From a virus, in the UHGV virus genome UHGV-0387565: 37,667 nucleotides of DNA; one strand, 5' to 3'. Shown one piece after another: positions 1 through 9,125 of the stretch. Each line of letters starts with the position of its first letter. Positions within the stretch are counted from its first letter, which is position 1. A program made the translations under genes and the position numbers. Under the pieces are notes generated by a model, which saw only the letters and a program-made list of their open reading frames with translations, made no database searches and was not told the origin of the DNA.

Positions 1-2
1 AT

Positions 3-293
3 ATGAACTACGCAAAAATCATGGAAAACGGAACTGTAAGAATCAGTTCCATCAAAAAAGAGGGCTACAAACCACTCAAGGAAGAGAAACCAGAGGGATT
101 TAGTAATTTAGTCTTTGTTGGCTATACAGAGACAGAAGAAAACGTAATCAAAGAGTATGAAGCTGTCGATGACGGTATGAGCGCCTATGGGAAATTGCAA
201 AAAGACTTAAAAGCAACACAGGCGGCACAGGAAGTCACAGATCAAGCGGTGCAGGAGCTGATTTTAGCAACAATGGAAGCGGAGGTGAAATGA
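3..293 (+). CDS. hypothetical protein (head-module small protein, 96 aa)
   Basis: ORF in the track. ATG at 3 lies 6 nt after an AAGGAGAAG motif formed by the last bases of the window, assuming circularity. Position is between the large unknown ORF and the scaffold gene. Confidence 0.5.
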   Translation: MNYAKIMENGTVRISSIKKEGYKPLKEEKPEGFSNLVFVGYTETEENVIKEYEAVDDGMSAYGKLQKDLKATQAAQEVTDQAVQELILATMEAEVK

Positions 294-388
294 TGGCACA
301 GTTTTTGGCAAACAGGATTAAAGGTGGACACTTGACAATTGATGAAGTACCGGAGAGTTTGAAAGAACAGGTACAGGTGTTACTTTAG
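293..388 (+). CDS. small ORF (31 aa, MAQFLANRIKGGHLTIDEVPESLKEQVQVLL), translationally coupled
   Basis: ATG overlaps the upstream TGA (ATGA). A strong GGAGGTG RBS lies 7 nt upstream. No homology recognised. Confidence 0.3.
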   Translation: MAQFLANRIKGGHLTIDEVPESLKEQVQVLL

Positions 389-396
389 GAGTAGAT

Positions 397-507
397 ATGT
401 TCAAATGGTTAAAGCAGAGATTCTGCAAACACAAGTATTGCAAGCACTACAACAAGGCTACAAAGGGATATGTTAGGCGTTGCGTAAAGTGCGGAAAAAT
501 TGAATAG
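397..507 (+). CDS. mini zinc-ribbon protein (36 aa, C-x5-C ... C-x2-C)
   Basis: An AGGAG RBS lies 5 nt upstream of the ATG. Product is MFKWLKQRFCKHKYCKHYNKATKGYVRRCVKCGKIE with four Cys in a ribbon-like spacing. Confidence 0.35.
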   Translation: MFKWLKQRFCKHKYCKHYNKATKGYVRRCVKCGKIE

Positions 508-637
508 GTAAGACATTAGCACATAGAGATATGTGTTATTTTTATGCCTTTTTGGTCAGTAGATGAGACCTTAAACAGTCAATTCGTGGTGGATGGTTAC
601 ACACCTTAAACAACCTAAGACGAAAGGAGAATGGAGC

Positions 638-1186
638 ATGAAAACAGATTTTTTAAAAGGACTTGGATTGGAGCAGGATGTCATTGATAAAATCATGGCA
701 GAGAACGGGAAAGACATTGCCGCTGAAAAGGCAAAGACTACCAAAGCAGAGGGGGAGCGCGATAAATACAAAGGTCAGCTTGAGACCGCAACGGAATCTT
801 TGGAAAAGTTTAAAGATGTTGACCCAACAGCTATGCAGGGCGAGATCGACAAGCTGAATCAACAGCTGAAAGACAAGGATGCTGAGTATGCCGCCAAAGA
901 AGCGGATCGCATCTTTTCCGACACGATCAAAGAAGCGATCAAGACAGCCGGGGGACGCAATGAAAAAGCGGTCATGGCTATGCTTGATATGGATGCATTA
1001 AAAGACTCAAAAAACCAGTCTGAGGACATCAAGAAAGCATTGGAAACCGTAAAGGAGTCTGATGCTTATTTATTTGGCTCTGATGAGCCTTTTAAGAACC
1101 CAGTAGGAGCAACTGGCGGCTCTGGCACAGGTGGAGATAATTTCTCGGCGATCAGAGCGGCTATGGGGCTTCCAACAGAAAAATAA
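638..1186 (+). CDS. phage scaffolding protein
   Basis: Charged coiled-coil-like protein (K/E/D-rich, 'QQLKDKDAEYAAKEAD') immediately upstream of the capsid gene. RBS AAAGGAGA lies 6 nt before ATG 638; the ORF track starts earlier at 593. Confidence 0.65.
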   Translation: MKTDFLKGLGLEQDVIDKIMAENGKDIAAEKAKTTKAEGERDKYKGQLETATESLEKFKDVDPTAMQGEIDKLNQQLKDKDAEYAAKEADRIFSDTIKEAIKTAGGRNEKAVMAMLDMDALKDSKNQSEDIKKALETVKESDAYLFGSDEPFKNPVGATGGSGTGGDNFSAIRAAMGLPTEK

Positions 1187-1211
1187 TTTTGAAAGAATGA
1201 GGTAATAAGAT

Positions 1212-2069
1212 ATGGCGAACACAATTGCATTAAGAAAAGCATATTCCACTATGCTTGATGAAGTTTATAAACTGGCATCCCTTACAGCAGTTTTGGACGG
1301 AGCGAACGAACTTGTAAAAGAGGGTGCAAACGCAAATGAAATTTTGATTCCGAAAATGACGATGTCCGGTCTTGCAAATTACAATAAGCAGACAGGATAT
1401 GTTGCAGGTGATGTTACACTTGAGTACGAGACTAAGAAATGTACTTATGATCGTGGCCGTATGTTCACTGTGGACGCTATGGACAATATCGAATCTGCAG
1501 GTGTTGCCTTCGGACGTCTTTCCGGAGAATTTTTGAGAACACAGGTTGTTCCGGAGCTTGACGCTTGGAGACTTGCATCTTATGCAGGATATGCACCATC
1601 CACTAATAAAGTGGGAGCAGCGATTGCAGATGCTAAAGCCGGCATTGCAGCGATTAGAAAAGGCAAGACTGCTATTAAAAATGCGGAGGCAAAGCCGGAA
1701 ACCTGTTATCTGTATATCTCTGCCGCACTCAAAGGGGATATTGAGGACCTTGATACAACGGCATCCAAGAAAGTTCTGGAAGGCTGGGCTGGAGTGATTG
1801 AAGTTCCTGAGGGAAGATTTTTCGACAAAGTCACGTTGACAGCATCTGGAGCCGGCGGCTTTACAACAACAGGCGGTAAGAAGATTGATTTCTTGATTGT
1901 TGACAAGAATGCAGTAATCCAGAATCAGAAGCACACTGTATCTAAGATCATCACACCGGATCAGAATCAGGATGCGGATGCTTGGAAGTTCGGATATCGT
2001 ACCGTAGGTATTGCAGAAGCGAAAGACAACAAAAAAGTGGCCATCTATGTGCACACTGCTGCGGAGTAG
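1212..2069 (+). CDS. major capsid protein
   Basis: 285-aa ORF directly after the scaffold gene with a good RBS, as expected for the head module. No catalytic motifs. The antisense ORF 1230..2354 is rejected. Confidence 0.7.
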   Translation: MANTIALRKAYSTMLDEVYKLASLTAVLDGANELVKEGANANEILIPKMTMSGLANYNKQTGYVAGDVTLEYETKKCTYDRGRMFTVDAMDNIESAGVAFGRLSGEFLRTQVVPELDAWRLASYAGYAPSTNKVGAAIADAKAGIAAIRKGKTAIKNAEAKPETCYLYISAALKGDIEDLDTTASKKVLEGWAGVIEVPEGRFFDKVTLTASGAGGFTTTGGKKIDFLIVDKNAVIQNQKHTVSKIITPDQNQDADAWKFGYRTVGIAEAKDNKKVAIYVHTAAE

Positions 2070-2081
2070 GAGTTGATCTGA

Positions 2082-2468
2082 ATGAATTTGTATGCGGACT
2101 ATAACTTCTATATGACGGAGTATAAGGGAAAAGCCACAGAAGAAGAATTTCGAAGGCAGATCGTGAAAGCAAGTGCCCACGTTCGGAGGATTACCTTTGG
2201 GCGTGCGGACAACTGCACGGAAATGGAAGAGGTGAAACTTGCTGTATGTGCAGTTTGTGATGTACTGATTTCGGATGAAAAAAGCCGAGAAAATAACAGT
2301 GGCAGACAGATCGCATCGGAGAGTACGGATGGATATTCCGTAAGCTATGTACAAGAAAAATCAGCTGATGAGACATCAGAAGAATTGTCATGTCGGAAAG
2401 CGTGTCAGGCGGCGGAACTATACTTGGAACCGACAGGTCTGCTCTATGCGGGGGTGGAAGAATGCTGA
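2082..2468 (+). CDS. head-tail connector / DNA-packaging (gp6-like) protein, putative
   Basis: 128-aa ORF after the capsid gene with RBS GAGTAGGAG. Positional call only. Confidence 0.45.
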   Translation: MNLYADYNFYMTEYKGKATEEEFRRQIVKASAHVRRITFGRADNCTEMEEVKLAVCAVCDVLISDEKSRENNSGRQIASESTDGYSVSYVQEKSADETSEELSCRKACQAAELYLEPTGLLYAGVEEC

Positions 2469-2797
2469 CCAATACAGATGCTACGATATACCACAGACAG
2501 TATGATCCGGAAACAAGACTGGATCAATGGGAACGGGAATATATCCCAGAAGTATGGTGGTATAAAAACGAAAAGTCGCAGATCACGACTGATGGATTAA
2601 AGCAGGCTGATGCGTACACAATCAGGATCCCGGACACGAGCGTGGCTGTCAAAAAAGATGATTATCTTGTAAAAGGAGATTGTAAGGTTGACATGCAGAC
2701 CATCAAGGACTTGGATGGACTGGATAAGACCAGAGTCACGTCTGTAAACTACAATACTTTTGGCGGCAATCCGCATATTAAGGTGGTGGGAGTGTAG
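2462..2797 (+). CDS. head closure / head-tail adaptor protein, putative
   Basis: ATG 2462 overlaps the stop of the upstream gene. 111-aa W/Y-rich protein (EVWWYKNEK) in the neck-gene position. Confidence 0.45.
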   Translation: MLTNTDATIYHRQYDPETRLDQWEREYIPEVWWYKNEKSQITTDGLKQADAYTIRIPDTSVAVKKDDYLVKGDCKVDMQTIKDLDGLDKTRVTSVNYNTFGGNPHIKVVGV

Positions 2798-3186
2798 TGA
2801 CAAAAGGAAAGAAAAAATTCCAGATTGAGACACCGAGAGGTGCAATTTATACGCAAGCAACAAAAGGCGGAAAAGTGACGGCAAGGCTTGACTGGAATCC
2901 CAGCTTTAAGCCAAGTACGGAATCCGGTTTCGCAAATGCACAGTCTTTTGTAGATTCCGAGTGTATTAGACGGATGGCGCCAGAGACACCAAAGAGATCC
3001 GGTGTTTTGATTAAATCTGCAACGCTCGGAACGGTAATCGGAAGTGGAGAAATCAATCAGATTGCCCCTTATGCCCGCAGACACTACTACGAACACAAGG
3101 AAAAATCACAGTGGTTCGAACGCATGAAGAACCGGCACAAGGACTCTATCTTGAAAGGAGCGGCGAACTATGTCAAAACTCATTGA
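2797..3186 (+). CDS. neck/tail-completion protein (minor capsid-like), putative
   Basis: GTG start overlaps the upstream TAG by one base (taGTG). 129-aa basic protein in the tail-attachment gene slot. Confidence 0.45.
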   Translation: MTKGKKKFQIETPRGAIYTQATKGGKVTARLDWNPSFKPSTESGFANAQSFVDSECIRRMAPETPKRSGVLIKSATLGTVIGSGEINQIAPYARRHYYEHKEKSQWFERMKNRHKDSILKGAANYVKTH

Positions 3187-3589
3187 CATCGTCAGATTAT
3201 ACATCCTCATGTGCCCGTTTTTAAGTGATGGGCGTGTAAATGTGGACTATATCGGAACAGATATGGGATATTCAATCGACCCTCTTCCGTGTGATCCAAT
3301 TATCCAGAGATATATGGATGGTGGAGCAAAAAAGCAGTTCCAGTTTGCGTTTTCAAGCCAAGAGGAATACGATCAGGACGCGCGAATCAATATTGAGAAC
3401 AGCGGATTCTTCCAAAGTTTTGAGGAATGGCTGGAACAGCAGAGTTTTAATGGCAATCTTCCGGAACTCGGAGAAAAGAAGAATCCAATATCAATCGAAA
3501 CTTTAAACAGCGGCTACCTGTACGATATGAACGGCGAAAATGCCAAGTATCGCATAGAGTGCCGCTTAATTTATGCACAGGAGGTATAA
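3170..3589 (+). CDS. tail terminator / tail-component protein, putative
   Basis: 139-aa ORF with RBS GAAAGGAG 9 nt upstream, between the neck genes and the major tail gene. Confidence 0.45.
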   Translation: MSKLIDIVRLYILMCPFLSDGRVNVDYIGTDMGYSIDPLPCDPIIQRYMDGGAKKQFQFAFSSQEEYDQDARINIENSGFFQSFEEWLEQQSFNGNLPELGEKKNPISIETLNSGYLYDMNGENAKYRIECRLIYAQEV

Positions 3590-3591
3590 GT

Positions 3592-4116
3592 ATGTCAGGA
3601 ACAGCACCAAAATTAGTAGGCAGACACCTGCGAGTGGCGTTTTTAAACACGGATGCAACATGTAGTTCGCCAAAATTCGAGAGAATGACCAATTTTACCA
3701 GTATGACAAACGGAAAAAATCCAAAAGAGTACTCACGTCAATATGTGGACGAAAGCACCGAAAGATCAGATGTAGTTGGATATGCTCCGGCCACAGAATA
3801 CTCATTTGACCTGTATACAGGCAATCCGGTACATGATCGCATTGCTGCAATTCATGATGGAGAGAAAGTAGCGGATGACGCGCACGTGGAAGTTGTCACA
3901 GTGGATTTTTACAAGAAAAATACGAAAGGTGATAAGTGCTTTGCGACAAAGAGAACTTACGCAGTTATCCCAGATTCTGACGGAGATGGAACGGACGCAT
4001 TGGTTTACAGTGGATCACTGAAAGCTGTATCCGACATCGAGGAAGGATATGTTACAGAGACTGATATTACATCCAAGACAGTTACTTACACTAAGGGTGA
4101 TTACATGGGGGAGTAG
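3592..4116 (+). CDS. major tail protein, putative
   Basis: 174-aa ORF with RBS CAGGAGGT 5 nt upstream. It sits immediately upstream of the chaperone pair and TMP; the ORF track extends it to 3559. Confidence 0.55.
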   Translation: MSGTAPKLVGRHLRVAFLNTDATCSSPKFERMTNFTSMTNGKNPKEYSRQYVDESTERSDVVGYAPATEYSFDLYTGNPVHDRIAAIHDGEKVADDAHVEVVTVDFYKKNTKGDKCFATKRTYAVIPDSDGDGTDALVYSGSLKAVSDIEEGYVTETDITSKTVTYTKGDYMGE

Positions 4117-4171
4117 CTGCCGCCGATTTTAAGGCGGTAAAAAACACAAAAAAGAATAGGAGAGTGAGCCA

Positions 4172-4537
4172 ATGAGCCAGTGGAAATGGAATGACGTAGA
4201 GCTCGAAATCGATATGGACGATGTAGAGTTTTTGGAAAGGTATGAAAAGGTATTTGAAAACATCGAGCCGAGGGAGAAGAAGCTTGAAAAGGTTGGAAAA
4301 ATATCCGAAATAACCAGAGAATATTGTTTGCTGTTTTATGATATTTTTGACGGGATTTTCGGAGAAGGTACTTCTGAAAAACTTTTTGACGGGAAAATGA
4401 ATTTAAGAGTTTGCGAAGAGTGCTATGATTCATTCATTGCTGTATGTGAAAAAGAAATCAATGCCGTAAACAAGAGAAGAAATTCTGTTGTTAGCAAATA
4501 TACTCCGAATAGAGCTCAGAGACGCGCAAAGAAATAA
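4172..4537 (+). CDS. tail assembly chaperone (gpG-like)
   Basis: 121-aa acidic protein upstream of TMP with RBS AGGAGAG. It is followed by an ORF overlapping by 50 nt in the +1 frame. Confidence 0.6.
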   Translation: MSQWKWNDVELEIDMDDVEFLERYEKVFENIEPREKKLEKVGKISEITREYCLLFYDIFDGIFGEGTSEKLFDGKMNLRVCEECYDSFIAVCEKEINAVNKRRNSVVSKYTPNRAQRRAKK

Positions 4538-5111
4538 CATGAATTTTTTCTACGAAGAGTTGCCAAACACGGTAAATGTGAAAGGTGAAAACATCAAGGT
4601 CATTACGGATTTCCGTGAATACATCAGGCTTTTGGATATGTTAAAAGACCAAGAGCTTGATGCTCTTCAAAAATTTGCGATCATACAGCAGTATTTTCTT
4701 GATGACATAGTCGCAGACGAAGAAGCTATAAGCGCATTGTCCTGCTTTATAACGATGAATACAAATTGCGTAGAGGTTGCGGAGACAGGTGATTGTGGGA
4801 GACCACAAGAAAAGCCGAAGAAAAATTTGTTCTCGTACTCCATTGATTATCCATATATATTATCCGGCTTTCTCAGGGATTATGGTATTGATTTAATCGA
4901 CATTAAATATATGCACTGGTGGAAATTCCGGATGCTTTTCGATGGTCTGTCTGACGATACAGAAATCAAGCAGCGAATAATGTACCGCAGCGTTGATTTA
5001 TCGGAAATCAAAGACAAAGAAGAGAGAAAACGAATTAAAAAGATCCAGAAATCAATTCAATTGCCATCTGAGAGTCTGACGGATTATGATATCGGAAACG
5101 CTTTCATGTGA
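4488..5111 (+). CDS. tail assembly chaperone gpT-like / Gp15-like protein (possible +1 frameshift extension of the upstream gene, or independent start at ATG 4539)
   Basis: ORF open from TTG 4488 in the +1 frame relative to 4172..4537. First in-frame ATG is at 4539, 2 nt after the upstream stop. Position between major tail gene and TMP. Confidence 0.5.
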   Translation: MLANILRIELRDAQRNNMNFFYEELPNTVNVKGENIKVITDFREYIRLLDMLKDQELDALQKFAIIQQYFLDDIVADEEAISALSCFITMNTNCVEVAETGDCGRPQEKPKKNLFSYSIDYPYILSGFLRDYGIDLIDIKYMHWWKFRMLFDGLSDDTEIKQRIMYRSVDLSEIKDKEERKRIKKIQKSIQLPSESLTDYDIGNAFM

Positions 5112-5115
5112 GGTG

Positions 5116-5274
5116 ATGAAGATGGACAAAATAAAGAAACCGCCACTGATAAGAAAGTGGTATAGATGTCCAGTGTGCGGGTGCAAACTCTTGATTTATG
5201 ATAATGCAACTGTCTGTACCAATGTATTTATTAAGTGCCGGACATGTAAAAAAGAAGTAGAGATTAAAATTTAA
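5116..5274 (+). CDS. small zinc-ribbon protein (CPVCG ... C-x2-C-x-T-C)
   Basis: GAGGTG RBS lies 6 nt before ATG 5122 (alternative ATG 5116). Four-Cys ribbon KWYRCPVCGCKLL...CRTCKKEV. Located just upstream of TMP. Confidence 0.45.
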   Translation: MKMDKIKKPPLIRKWYRCPVCGCKLLIYDNATVCTNVFIKCRTCKKEVEIKI

Positions 5275-5325
5275 GCACTTTAAATTGAGCCATTGAGCCT
5301 GTGCTATCCATAAAGGAGGGATAGT

Positions 5326-7656
5326 ATGGGTTATGATGGCTCATTAAAATTTAATACAGAAATAAACGAATCTGGATTTAATTCAGGAATTTCCAAACTT
5401 GGCAGTGTTGCAAGTGGTGGATTGAAAGTTATTGCCGGATCAGTAGCTGGCGTTGCTGCAGCATTTGGGGCAGTGTCTAAAATGTCTCTTGATTCTGTTG
5501 CAAGCTTGGAGCAGAACATAGGCGGTGTTGAGACGCTGTTTAAAGATAGCGCGCAGACAGTGATTGATAACGCGAACAATGCGTATAAGACAGCTGGTGT
5601 ATCCGCAAATAAGTACATGGAGACTGTGACAAGCTTTTCTGCATCACTTTTACAGGGACTTGGGAATAACACCGCAGAAGCTGCTAAAATAGCGGACATG
5701 GCAATGGTAGACATGTCTGACAATGCGAATAAATTCGGTTCCAACATGACGGATATCCAAAATGCTTATCAGGGATTCGCGAAGCAGAACTACACAATGT
5801 TGGATAACCTGAAGCTTGGATATGGTGGAACTCAGGCTGAAATGATCCGCTTGATTAACGACAGCGGCATTCTCAATGAAAAAATAGAGAATCTTGACAA
5901 TGTGTCGTTTGATCAGATCATTCAAGCAATCCACAAGATTCAAGAAAATATGGGTATTGCCGGAACGACAAGTGCAGAAGCATTGACTACTATAGAGGGT
6001 TCTGTGCAATCCGCAAAAGCGGCATTTGATAACTTCTTGAATGGTTCAAGTTCCCCACAGGAGTTGGCAGACGCTGTAAAGGCTGCGGCTGAAAATATAA
6101 CAAATAATTTGATGCAGATTGTTCCAAGACTCGCAAAAGAACTCCCAGAGGTTGGAAACCTGTTGATGGACAGTCTTTCGCAGTCACTTAACTCTGGAAA
6201 ACTCGGAGAAATGATGCAGATCGGTGGACAAGTCATTTCCAACATAACAACTGGAATTATACAAGCATTGCCCGGAATTGTAACTGCATCAGCGCAGATT
6301 ATAAGCTCATTTGCACAAAATATCAGCACCAGTATACCTCAACTGTTATCATCTGGAATACAGATCATACAGGCGATAGTGAGTGGAATGATGCAAATAT
6401 TGCCATCTGTCGGCTTGCTTGCAACTCAGCTCATTACAACTTTATATGAGCAACTGACGACACAAGGTCCGGGTTTGCTGCAGCAAGGATACGAACTACT
6501 GAGCAATCTGATTGACGGATTTGTACAGGCAATTCCTGAAGCATTGCCGAAAGTGCTTGACTTTGTCCAGGGTATCGGCGAAAAACTTGCAGAAGCAGCT
6601 CCTGTAATGATTCAAAAAGGATTTGAGTTGCTGCAGAAATTAGTCGAAGGAATTGTGAGTGCGATACCAATTTTGATCGAGCGAGTTCCAGAAATTATTT
6701 CGACATTCGCAAACATCATCAATGATAATTTCCCTACGATCCTGATGAAGGGTGCTGAATTACTCGGTCAGTTGGCGCTCGGACTTATTCAGGCAATACC
6801 GACTCTGATTGCAAATATTCCACAGATTATAGCAGCTATCGTTGATACATTAATGGCGTTCCAGTGGTTGAATCTTGGTAAAACCATTATAACCGCATTA
6901 GGAAACGGAATTAAATCTATGGTTGGTTTCGTCGCAGAATGCGGAAAAAGCATATTGAACGGAATCAAATCATCTGTTCAAAATTTGCCAACTTTATTGC
7001 GCGATATCGGTCGAACTGCAATGACTGGGTTTTCTAATGTGATACAAACTTCAATCGTTGCAGTAAAAAATGCCGCTTCGAATATTGTAAGTACTATCGT
7101 AAGTACAATCTCTTCCATTCCCGGACAGATGGCTTCTATCGGCAGCAATATTGTTCAGGGGCTGTGGAATGGAATATCCAACATGACGGGATGGATCATT
7201 GATAAAATAGGTGGATTCGCTGATAGTGTAGTTACAGCTATTTGTGATTTTTTTGGTATAAAATCACCGTCCAGAGTTATGCGAGATCAGGTTGGTAAGT
7301 ATCTTGCAATGGGAGTTGGCGTTGGATATGAAGAGTACATGCCGTATGAAGAAATGAAAAAAGTATCCGGTAAGGTGGTGTCGCAGTTGTCCGCATCTGT
7401 GAGTGGTGTAACGTTATCAGTGCCGGAAAGCGCTGGAAGTCAAACGTACCAGAAAAGCGTTGGAATTCAAAAAGCCAACAACAACGATGATCTAATCTAC
7501 GCAGTAGATCGATTATCCAGACTCGCAAACCGGCCGCTTGAAATTATCAATAAAATCGATTCCGTAGAGACATCCAGAGTACTCGCAACACCAATGGAAA
7601 AACAAATAGAAAAGAATTCTAGTTTTCGGAAGATGTTAGGAGGGGATAGAAATTGA
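5326..7656 (+). CDS. tail tape measure protein (TP901-type)
   Basis: 776-aa protein, alpha-helical and Ala/Gly/Ser-rich, with the typical TMP core motif 'NAYQGFAKQNYTMLDNLKLGYGG' and a run of hydrophobic helical repeats. RBS AAAGGAGGG. Confidence 0.9.
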   Translation: MGYDGSLKFNTEINESGFNSGISKLGSVASGGLKVIAGSVAGVAAAFGAVSKMSLDSVASLEQNIGGVETLFKDSAQTVIDNANNAYKTAGVSANKYMETVTSFSASLLQGLGNNTAEAAKIADMAMVDMSDNANKFGSNMTDIQNAYQGFAKQNYTMLDNLKLGYGGTQAEMIRLINDSGILNEKIENLDNVSFDQIIQAIHKIQENMGIAGTTSAEALTTIEGSVQSAKAAFDNFLNGSSSPQELADAVKAAAENITNNLMQIVPRLAKELPEVGNLLMDSLSQSLNSGKLGEMMQIGGQVISNITTGIIQALPGIVTASAQIISSFAQNISTSIPQLLSSGIQIIQAIVSGMMQILPSVGLLATQLITTLYEQLTTQGPGLLQQGYELLSNLIDGFVQAIPEALPKVLDFVQGIGEKLAEAAPVMIQKGFELLQKLVEGIVSAIPILIERVPEIISTFANIINDNFPTILMKGAELLGQLALGLIQAIPTLIANIPQIIAAIVDTLMAFQWLNLGKTIITALGNGIKSMVGFVAECGKSILNGIKSSVQNLPTLLRDIGRTAMTGFSNVIQTSIVAVKNAASNIVSTIVSTISSIPGQMASIGSNIVQGLWNGISNMTGWIIDKIGGFADSVVTAICDFFGIKSPSRVMRDQVGKYLAMGVGVGYEEYMPYEEMKKVSGKVVSQLSASVSGVTLSVPESAGSQTYQKSVGIQKANNNDDLIYAVDRLSRLANRPLEIINKIDSVETSRVLATPMEKQIEKNSSFRKMLGGDRN

Positions 7657-9125
7657 GCCTATCAGTAAAATTTGACGATCAGGAACTCGGGCGATACTTA
7701 AGTGTATTGTCCGGGTTCTCTCCGTTTAGCGGAGTAAATAGAGAGTCAGAACTCCTTGACGGAGCAGAAAGTGCAAAAGGAGAGGATTTTGGCTATATAA
7801 CATATAAATCAAAGACACTTGAAATGCCATTTGAAATTAAAGGTGATATCTTGGCAAGCTATGATGCGATCCAGAAGATCCTAAACGTCACAGAGCCAAA
7901 AAGGCTTGTGTTTGGGAATTATCCGGATCGCTATTTTTATGCTGTCCCTGATGGTAATTTTGATATAACACAGGTTGCAATGTTTGGGAAAGGCACGATC
8001 ACATGGCTTATCCCAGACGGAGTAGCGTACTCAACCGCAGAATTCTCCTTTGACGGAGTACAAAAAGACGGCTACCAGACCATTACAATCCAAAACAACG
8101 GTACAGAATGGGCGGATGTGGACTACGAGATCACGCACCAGCACGAAAACGGCTTTATCGGACTGGTAAGCCAGTATGGAGTCATCCAGCTCGGCAAACA
8201 GGAAGAGGCGGACGGAGAGAATTACGAAGCGTCCGAAGAACTGTTTAACGGTTATAGTCTGTTTCAAGACGATCACGGTACCTCTTATCAGAATCCGGAA
8301 AACACCACACAGGGAACGCTCGAAGTCAAGAATGTTGCCGGATATAACGTCATGGCATTAAAAGGTGGACAGGCAACATCCGGATTCTGGAACGGTGGAA
8401 TGAAAACACTTACTATCCCGGTGGACAGCGAGGGCAGACGTGGGGCAAAGAACTTTTACTGTTACACGCAGCACTGGTTTGAGTGTGGATTAATGGGACA
8501 GACCGGAGCGCAGACTATTGCGTTTCTGACAGGAGAAAATGAAGTGATCTGTTCTATGTCCATAAATAAAAACGATTCTGTTGGGAATACGGCGCATGTG
8601 GACTGGTTTGCACCACAAAACAAGAAAATTAAGACACTGGATTTCCAGCCGACATCCTACGAGGATAACCCGTTTAATTTAAAAATGGGCGGCGGACACA
8701 ATGACTTTTTAAAAGAGGGTGACAAGTTGCGTATTTTCTGGTACGGGAAGTATTACCACTTTACTATCCCGGAAATCAAAGATATGGAATGCGAGAAAAT
8801 CCAGATCTGGATTGGACAGTGGGGGGACCGAAATCTGTCGAACCAGTACGTTACGCACAACTATTTAAAAAGCATCTGGTTTCGTAAGGACAACGTGGAA
8901 AAATATCAGGATGTGCCAAACCGGTACCGTGCCGGAGATGTGGTGTCTATAGACGGGGAGAGTACGAAGGTCTACGTTAATGGGATGGTGGCTAAGGGAG
9001 ATGAGATTACGGGGACGGACTATTTTAAAGTGCCACCCGGAACAACAGAAGTGCAGTTCTGCTACTCTTCCTTTTCTTCTCCGCCGCCCCAGATTAAAGC
9101 GAAAATGCGGGAGGTTTACTTGTAA
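7653..9125 (+). CDS. distal tail protein (Dit), extended form
   Basis: 490-aa ORF immediately after TMP, with TTG start overlapping the TMP stop (ATTGA) and RBS AGGAGGGG. The size suggests an inserted carbohydrate-binding domain. Confidence 0.6.
   Translation: MSLSVKFDDQELGRYLSVLSGFSPFSGVNRESELLDGAESAKGEDFGYITYKSKTLEMPFEIKGDILASYDAIQKILNVTEPKRLVFGNYPDRYFYAVPDGNFDITQVAMFGKGTITWLIPDGVAYSTAEFSFDGVQKDGYQTITIQNNGTEWADVDYEITHQHENGFIGLVSQYGVIQLGKQEEADGENYEASEELFNGYSLFQDDHGTSYQNPENTTQGTLEVKNVAGYNVMALKGGQATSGFWNGGMKTLTIPVDSEGRRGAKNFYCYTQHWFECGLMGQTGAQTIAFLTGENEVICSMSINKNDSVGNTAHVDWFAPQNKKIKTLDFQPTSYEDNPFNLKMGGGHNDFLKEGDKLRIFWYGKYYHFTIPEIKDMECEKIQIWIGQWGDRNLSNQYVTHNYLKSIWFRKDNVEKYQDVPNRYRAGDVVSIDGESTKVYVNGMVAKGDEITGTDYFKVPPGTTEVQFCYSSFSSPPPQIKAKMREVYL

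Noticed and set aside
1230-2354. 374-aa ORF on the - strand opposite the capsid and connector genes
   Set aside because: It is antisense to a well-supported structural gene, Cys/Phe-rich and low-complexity with no RBS, so it looks like an artefact of codon bias on the opposite strand.
5331-6329. Several 65..140-aa ORFs on the - strand inside the tape measure gene
   Set aside because: They are antisense to the TMP coding sequence, whose repetitive Ala/Gly/Ser codons create open antisense frames. No start or RBS context.
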